From Tagaea sp. (lineage in GTDB: Bacteria; Pseudomonadota; Alphaproteobacteria; CACIAM-22H2): DNA of 64,000 bases. Within the stretch, counting starts at the first letter, position 1; each line of letters opens with the position of its first letter. Positions 60,900 to 64,000 of this stretch are shown piece by piece. The DNA is taken from positions 337,334-401,333 of the forward strand of contig JAYRYC010000002.1 in NCBI GenBank assembly GCA_041917215.1, given 5' to 3'. The notes beneath the pieces were generated by a model. It had not been told where the DNA came from, made no database searches, and saw only the letters and a program-made list of their open reading frames with translations. Both the position numbers and the translations under genes were made by a program.

Positions 60900-61331
60900 A
60901 TGACAGAGACGATCGCGATCGCCGCCGACCATGGCGGATTCGAAATGAAATCCTTGTTGGTCAAGGATTTGGAAGCGGCCGGCCATAAGGTCCTGGATCT
61001 CGGCACGCATTCCGCCGACAGCGTCGATTACCCCGATTTCGCGCATGCGCTGGCCGTCGCCCTCAAGGATGGGCGCGCCAAGCGCGGCGTGTTGCTGTGC
61101 GGCTCGGGTATCGGCATTTCGATCGCCGCCAATCGCCATCGCCATATCCGCGCGGCGCTCGTTCATGACGAGACGGGCGCGCGCCTCTGCCGCCAGCACA
61201 ACGACGCCAATGTCGTCGTGTTCGGCGCGCGATTGATCGGGATCGAGGTCGCGCGCGCGGCACTCAAGGTTTTTCTCGCCACGTCGTTCGAAGGCGGGCG
61301 CCACGAAAAGCGCGTCGCCAAGCTGGGTTGA
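60900..61331 (+). CDS. rpiB: ribose-5-phosphate isomerase B
   Basis: IAIAADHGGFEMK...LLCGSGIGISIAANRH. Confidence 0.85.
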   Translation: MTETIAIAADHGGFEMKSLLVKDLEAAGHKVLDLGTHSADSVDYPDFAHALAVALKDGRAKRGVLLCGSGIGISIAANRHRHIRAALVHDETGARLCRQHNDANVVVFGARLIGIEVARAALKVFLATSFEGGRHEKRVAKLG

Positions 61332-61346
61332 AAGGGTCTAAGCACG

Positions 61347-62651
61347 ATGTCTTCCGTTTCCTACGCCGAATTCGCCAAGGATTTCTTCGGAACGCCGCTC
61401 GCCAAGGCGGACCCCGAACTTAAAGGCGCCGTCGATCGCGAGCTGGGTCGCCAGCAAGGCCAGATCGAGCTGATCGCGTCGGAGAACATCGTGAGCCGCG
61501 CCGTGCTGGAAGCGCAAGGTTCGGTGCTGACCAACAAATACGCCGAAGGTTATCCGGGCCGCCGTTACTACGGCGGTTGCGAATTCGTCGACGAAGCCGA
61601 AGCGCTGGCCATCGCGCGCGCGAAGAAGCTGTTCGGCTGCAACTTCGCGAACGTGCAGCCGCATTCGGGCGCGCAAGCCAACCAAGCCGTGTTCTTCGCG
61701 CTGCTGCAGCCGGGCGACACGTTCATGGGCATGTCGCTGGCCGAAGGCGGCCACTTGACGCACGGCTCGCCCGCCAACCAGTCGGGCAAGTGGTTCAAGC
61801 CCGTGTCCTATGGCGTGACGCGCGACACGCAATTGATCGACTACGATCAGATGGAAAAGAACGCGCTTGAGCATAAGCCGAAGCTGATCGTCGCGGGCGG
61901 CTCCGCCTATTCGCGCCAGATCGATTTCGCGCGCTTCCGCGCCGTCGCCGACAAGATCGGCGCGATCCTGATGGTCGATATGGCGCATTACGCCGGCTTG
62001 ATCGCGGGCGGGGCCTATCCCAATCCGCTGCCGCACGCCCATGTCGTGACGACGACGACGCATAAGACGCTGCGCGGCCCCCGCGGCGGCATGATCCTGT
62101 CGATGGACGAAGACCTCGGCAAGAAGATCAACTCCGCCGTCTTCCCCGGCCTGCAAGGCGGTCCGCTGATGCATGTCATCGCGGCGAAGGCGGTGGCGTT
62201 CGGCGAGGCTTTGCGGCCCGAGTTCAAGGTCTACGCCCAGCGCGTGATCGACAATGCGCGCGCGTTGGCCGCCCGCTTGGTGAAGCACGGCTTCGCGATC
62301 GTGTCGGGCGGGACGGATTCCCATCTGATGCTGGTCGATCTGCGCCCCAAGAAGCTGACCGGCACGAACGCCGAGAAGAGCCTCGAGCGCGCGGGCCTGA
62401 CCTGCAACAAGAACGGCATCCCGTTCGATCCGGAAAAGCCGATGGTCACGTCGGGCGTGCGTCTGGGCACGCCGGCGGGCACCACGCGCGGCTTCGGCAC
62501 GGCGGAGTTCGAGCAGGTCGGCGATCTGATCGCCGAAACGCTCGACGGGCTGTCGAATTCCAATTCGGGCGACAACGCCGCGATCGAAGCGCGCGTGCGC
62601 GACAAGGTTGCCAAGCTGGTCGAACGTTTCCCGGTCTACACGAACGCCTAA
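61347..62651 (+). CDS. glyA: serine hydroxymethyltransferase
   Basis: 434 aa. [17 protein letters not shown]-lysine motif. Confidence 0.95.
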   Translation: MSSVSYAEFAKDFFGTPLAKADPELKGAVDRELGRQQGQIELIASENIVSRAVLEAQGSVLTNKYAEGYPGRRYYGGCEFVDEAEALAIARAKKLFGCNFANVQPHSGAQANQAVFFALLQPGDTFMGMSLAEGGHLTHGSPANQSGKWFKPVSYGVTRDTQLIDYDQMEKNALEHKPKLIVAGGSAYSRQIDFARFRAVADKIGAILMVDMAHYAGLIAGGAYPNPLPHAHVVTTTTHKTLRGPRGGMILSMDEDLGKKINSAVFPGLQGGPLMHVIAAKAVAFGEALRPEFKVYAQRVIDNARALAARLVKHGFAIVSGGTDSHLMLVDLRPKKLTGTNAEKSLERAGLTCNKNGIPFDPEKPMVTSGVRLGTPAGTTRGFGTAEFEQVGDLIAETLDGLSNSNSGDNAAIEARVRDKVAKLVERFPVYTNA

Positions 62652-62678
62652 AAACGAAAAAACAAGGAACAGGTTCCA

Positions 62679-63146
62679 ATGCGCTGTCCGTTCTGCGGCC
62701 ACGACGATACGCAAGTGAAGGATTCGCGTCCGACCGAAGACGGCGGCGCGATTCGCCGCCGGCGGTTTTGCCCGTCTTGCGGGTCGCGCTTCACGACCTT
62801 CGAGCGCGTGCAACTGCGCGAACTCGTGATCGTGAAGAAGAACGGCGTGAAGGAGCCGTTCGAGCGCGATAAGCTTTCGCGCTCGCTGACGCATGCGGTG
62901 CGCAAGCGCCCGGTGGAGCCCGAACGCGTGGAGCGCATCGTGTCGGGCATCCAGCGCCGTCTGGAAAGCCTGGGTGAGAACGAAATCCCCTCGACGGTCG
63001 TCGGCGAAATGGTGATGGACGCGCTGCGCACCCTCGACCATGTCGCCTATATCCGCTTCGCCTCGGTCTATAAGAATTTCCGCGAAGCGAAGGATTTCGA
63101 GGATTTCGTCGGCAAGCTCGGTGGCGACGACGACAACGACGTCTGA
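62679..63146 (+). CDS. nrdR: transcriptional repressor NrdR
   Basis: Zn ribbon [17 protein letters not shown]...[12 protein letters not shown] and an ATP-cone. Confidence 0.9.
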   Translation: MRCPFCGHDDTQVKDSRPTEDGGAIRRRRFCPSCGSRFTTFERVQLRELVIVKKNGVKEPFERDKLSRSLTHAVRKRPVEPERVERIVSGIQRRLESLGENEIPSTVVGEMVMDALRTLDHVAYIRFASVYKNFREAKDFEDFVGKLGGDDDNDV

Positions 63147-63165
63147 CGCCGCAGCCCGCGTCCAT

Positions 63166-64000
63166 ATGGACGCGGCGCTGGCGTTGGCGCGGCGGGGGCT
63201 TGGCAATACTTGGCCGAACCCGGCGGTCGGCTGCGTTATCGTCAAGGACGGCATCGTCGTCGGGCGTGGCTGGACCCAGCCTGGCGGTCGTCCGCATGCG
63301 GAAACCGAAGCGCTTGCACGTGCCGGTTCCGCCGCGAAGGGCGCAACCGCATATGTCACGCTCGAACCGTGTTCCCATCACGGCAAGACGCCGCCTTGCG
63401 CAGATGCCTTGATCGCTGCGCAAGTCGCGCATGTCGTGGTCGCGACCGGCGATCCGGACGGCCGCGTGAACGGGCGCGGGATCGCGATGCTGCGCGATGC
63501 GGGCATCGCGGTCGAGCAGGGGCTTTGCAAGGCGGAAGCCGACGCGATCAACGCCGGCTTCTTCAAGCGCGTGCGCGACGGCAAACCGCTCGTCACGCTG
63601 AAGCTCGCGGGTTCGCTCGACATGCGCATCGCCACGAAGACGGGCGAGAGCAAATGGATTACAAGCGACGCCGCGCGGGCGCGGGCGCATTTGATCCGGG
63701 CGCAGCATGACGCGATCATGGTCGGCTCGGGCACAATGCTGGCCGACGATCCGTCGCTCGATGTGCGCCTGCCGGGTTTCGACAATTCGAGAAAGGTCCG
63801 CGTCGTCGTCGATGGGCGCTTGCGCACACCGTTGACCGCCAAGCTCGTGCGCACGGCGAAGATGCAGCCGAGTTGGATCGTCCATCGTCCCGACGCCGAA
63901 AAACTTCGCGCCGCCGCTTTTGTCGAAAGCGGGGTCGAGATGCTGGCCGTTGAACCGGGGCCCGAAGGCCACGCTGCACCCGACGCGATCCTGAAGGCGC
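63166..64000 (+). CDS. ribD: riboflavin biosynthesis deaminase/reductase RibD (5' part; continues beyond window)
   Basis: ATG at 63166. Hand translation MDAALALARRGLGNTWPNPAVGCVIV...HAETEAL...TLEPCSHHGKTPPC is the deaminase zinc motif. Not in the ORF track because no stop lies within the window. Confidence 0.75.
   Translation, partial: MDAALALARRGLGNTWPNPAVGCVIVKDGIVVGRGWTQPGGRPHAETEALARAGSAAKGATAYVTLEPCSHHGKTPPCADALIAAQVAHVVVATGDPDGRVNGRGIAMLRDAGIAVEQGLCKAEADAINAGFFKRVRDGKPLVTLKLAGSLDMRIATKTGESKWITSDAARARAHLIRAQHDAIMVGSGTMLADDPSLDVRLPGFDNSRKVRVVVDGRLRTPLTAKLVRTAKMQPSWIVHRPDAEKLRAAAFVESGVEMLAVEPGPEGHAAPDAILKA

Overview
High-GC (about 65-68%) alphaproteobacterial chromosomal segment, gene-dense and mostly housekeeping, with a few accessory insertions.

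Genes recognised by conserved motifs, in order:
- dapA-smpB-GNAT
- a NYN-domain gene translationally coupled to a 4Fe-4S uracil-DNA glycosylase
- folK
- rpoZ-spoT(rsh)-acpS-lepB-rnc-era
- a secreted alpha/beta hydrolase
- a soluble globin-coupled MCP (HemAT-like)
- DMT transporter / LysR divergent pair
- purB
- a ~1.9 kb low-GC two-gene envelope cassette of unknown function
- a three-gene split-beta Co-type nitrile-hydratase-like operon preceded by radC and map
- YkgJ-like / CinA-like divergent pair
- tRNA-Leu(UAA) followed by an HD-domain (YfbR-like) gene and a lower-GC lipoprotein gene
- rimO
- a methyltransferase-like gene coupled to a rhomboid protease
- kup
- a 270-bp nested-palindrome element immediately upstream of a Vat/CatB-family xenobiotic acetyltransferase
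- L,D-transpeptidase (YcbB-like) / YcbK(MepK)-like / bioY
- TRAP dctQM, then two tandem paralogous dctP genes on the opposite strand flanking crcB, each followed by a near-identical bidirectional terminator
- bpt, an RDD-family gene, an orphan motB
- penicillin/AHL-acylase-family gene
- two tandem DMT transporters
- alpha/beta hydrolase / second rhomboid / YheT-like hydrolase
- hemB
- HIBCH-mmsB (valine catabolism)
- MarR
- lrgAB
- a cluster of two paralogous TylF/CmcI-like SAM methyltransferases around gcdH-ridA-thioesterase plus a divergent GT8-like glycosyltransferase
- rpiB-glyA-nrdR-ribD (ribD truncated by the window end)

No CRISPR array, IS element, transposase or integrase was seen. 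Many long antisense or alternate-frame ORFs in the track are high-GC artefacts.

Coordinates are taken from the ORF track (stop codon included) with starts refined by internal-Met index; that anchoring agreed with direct line reads everywhere checked except one unresolved 1-nt disagreement at the 28298-28301 junction, where track coordinates are used.
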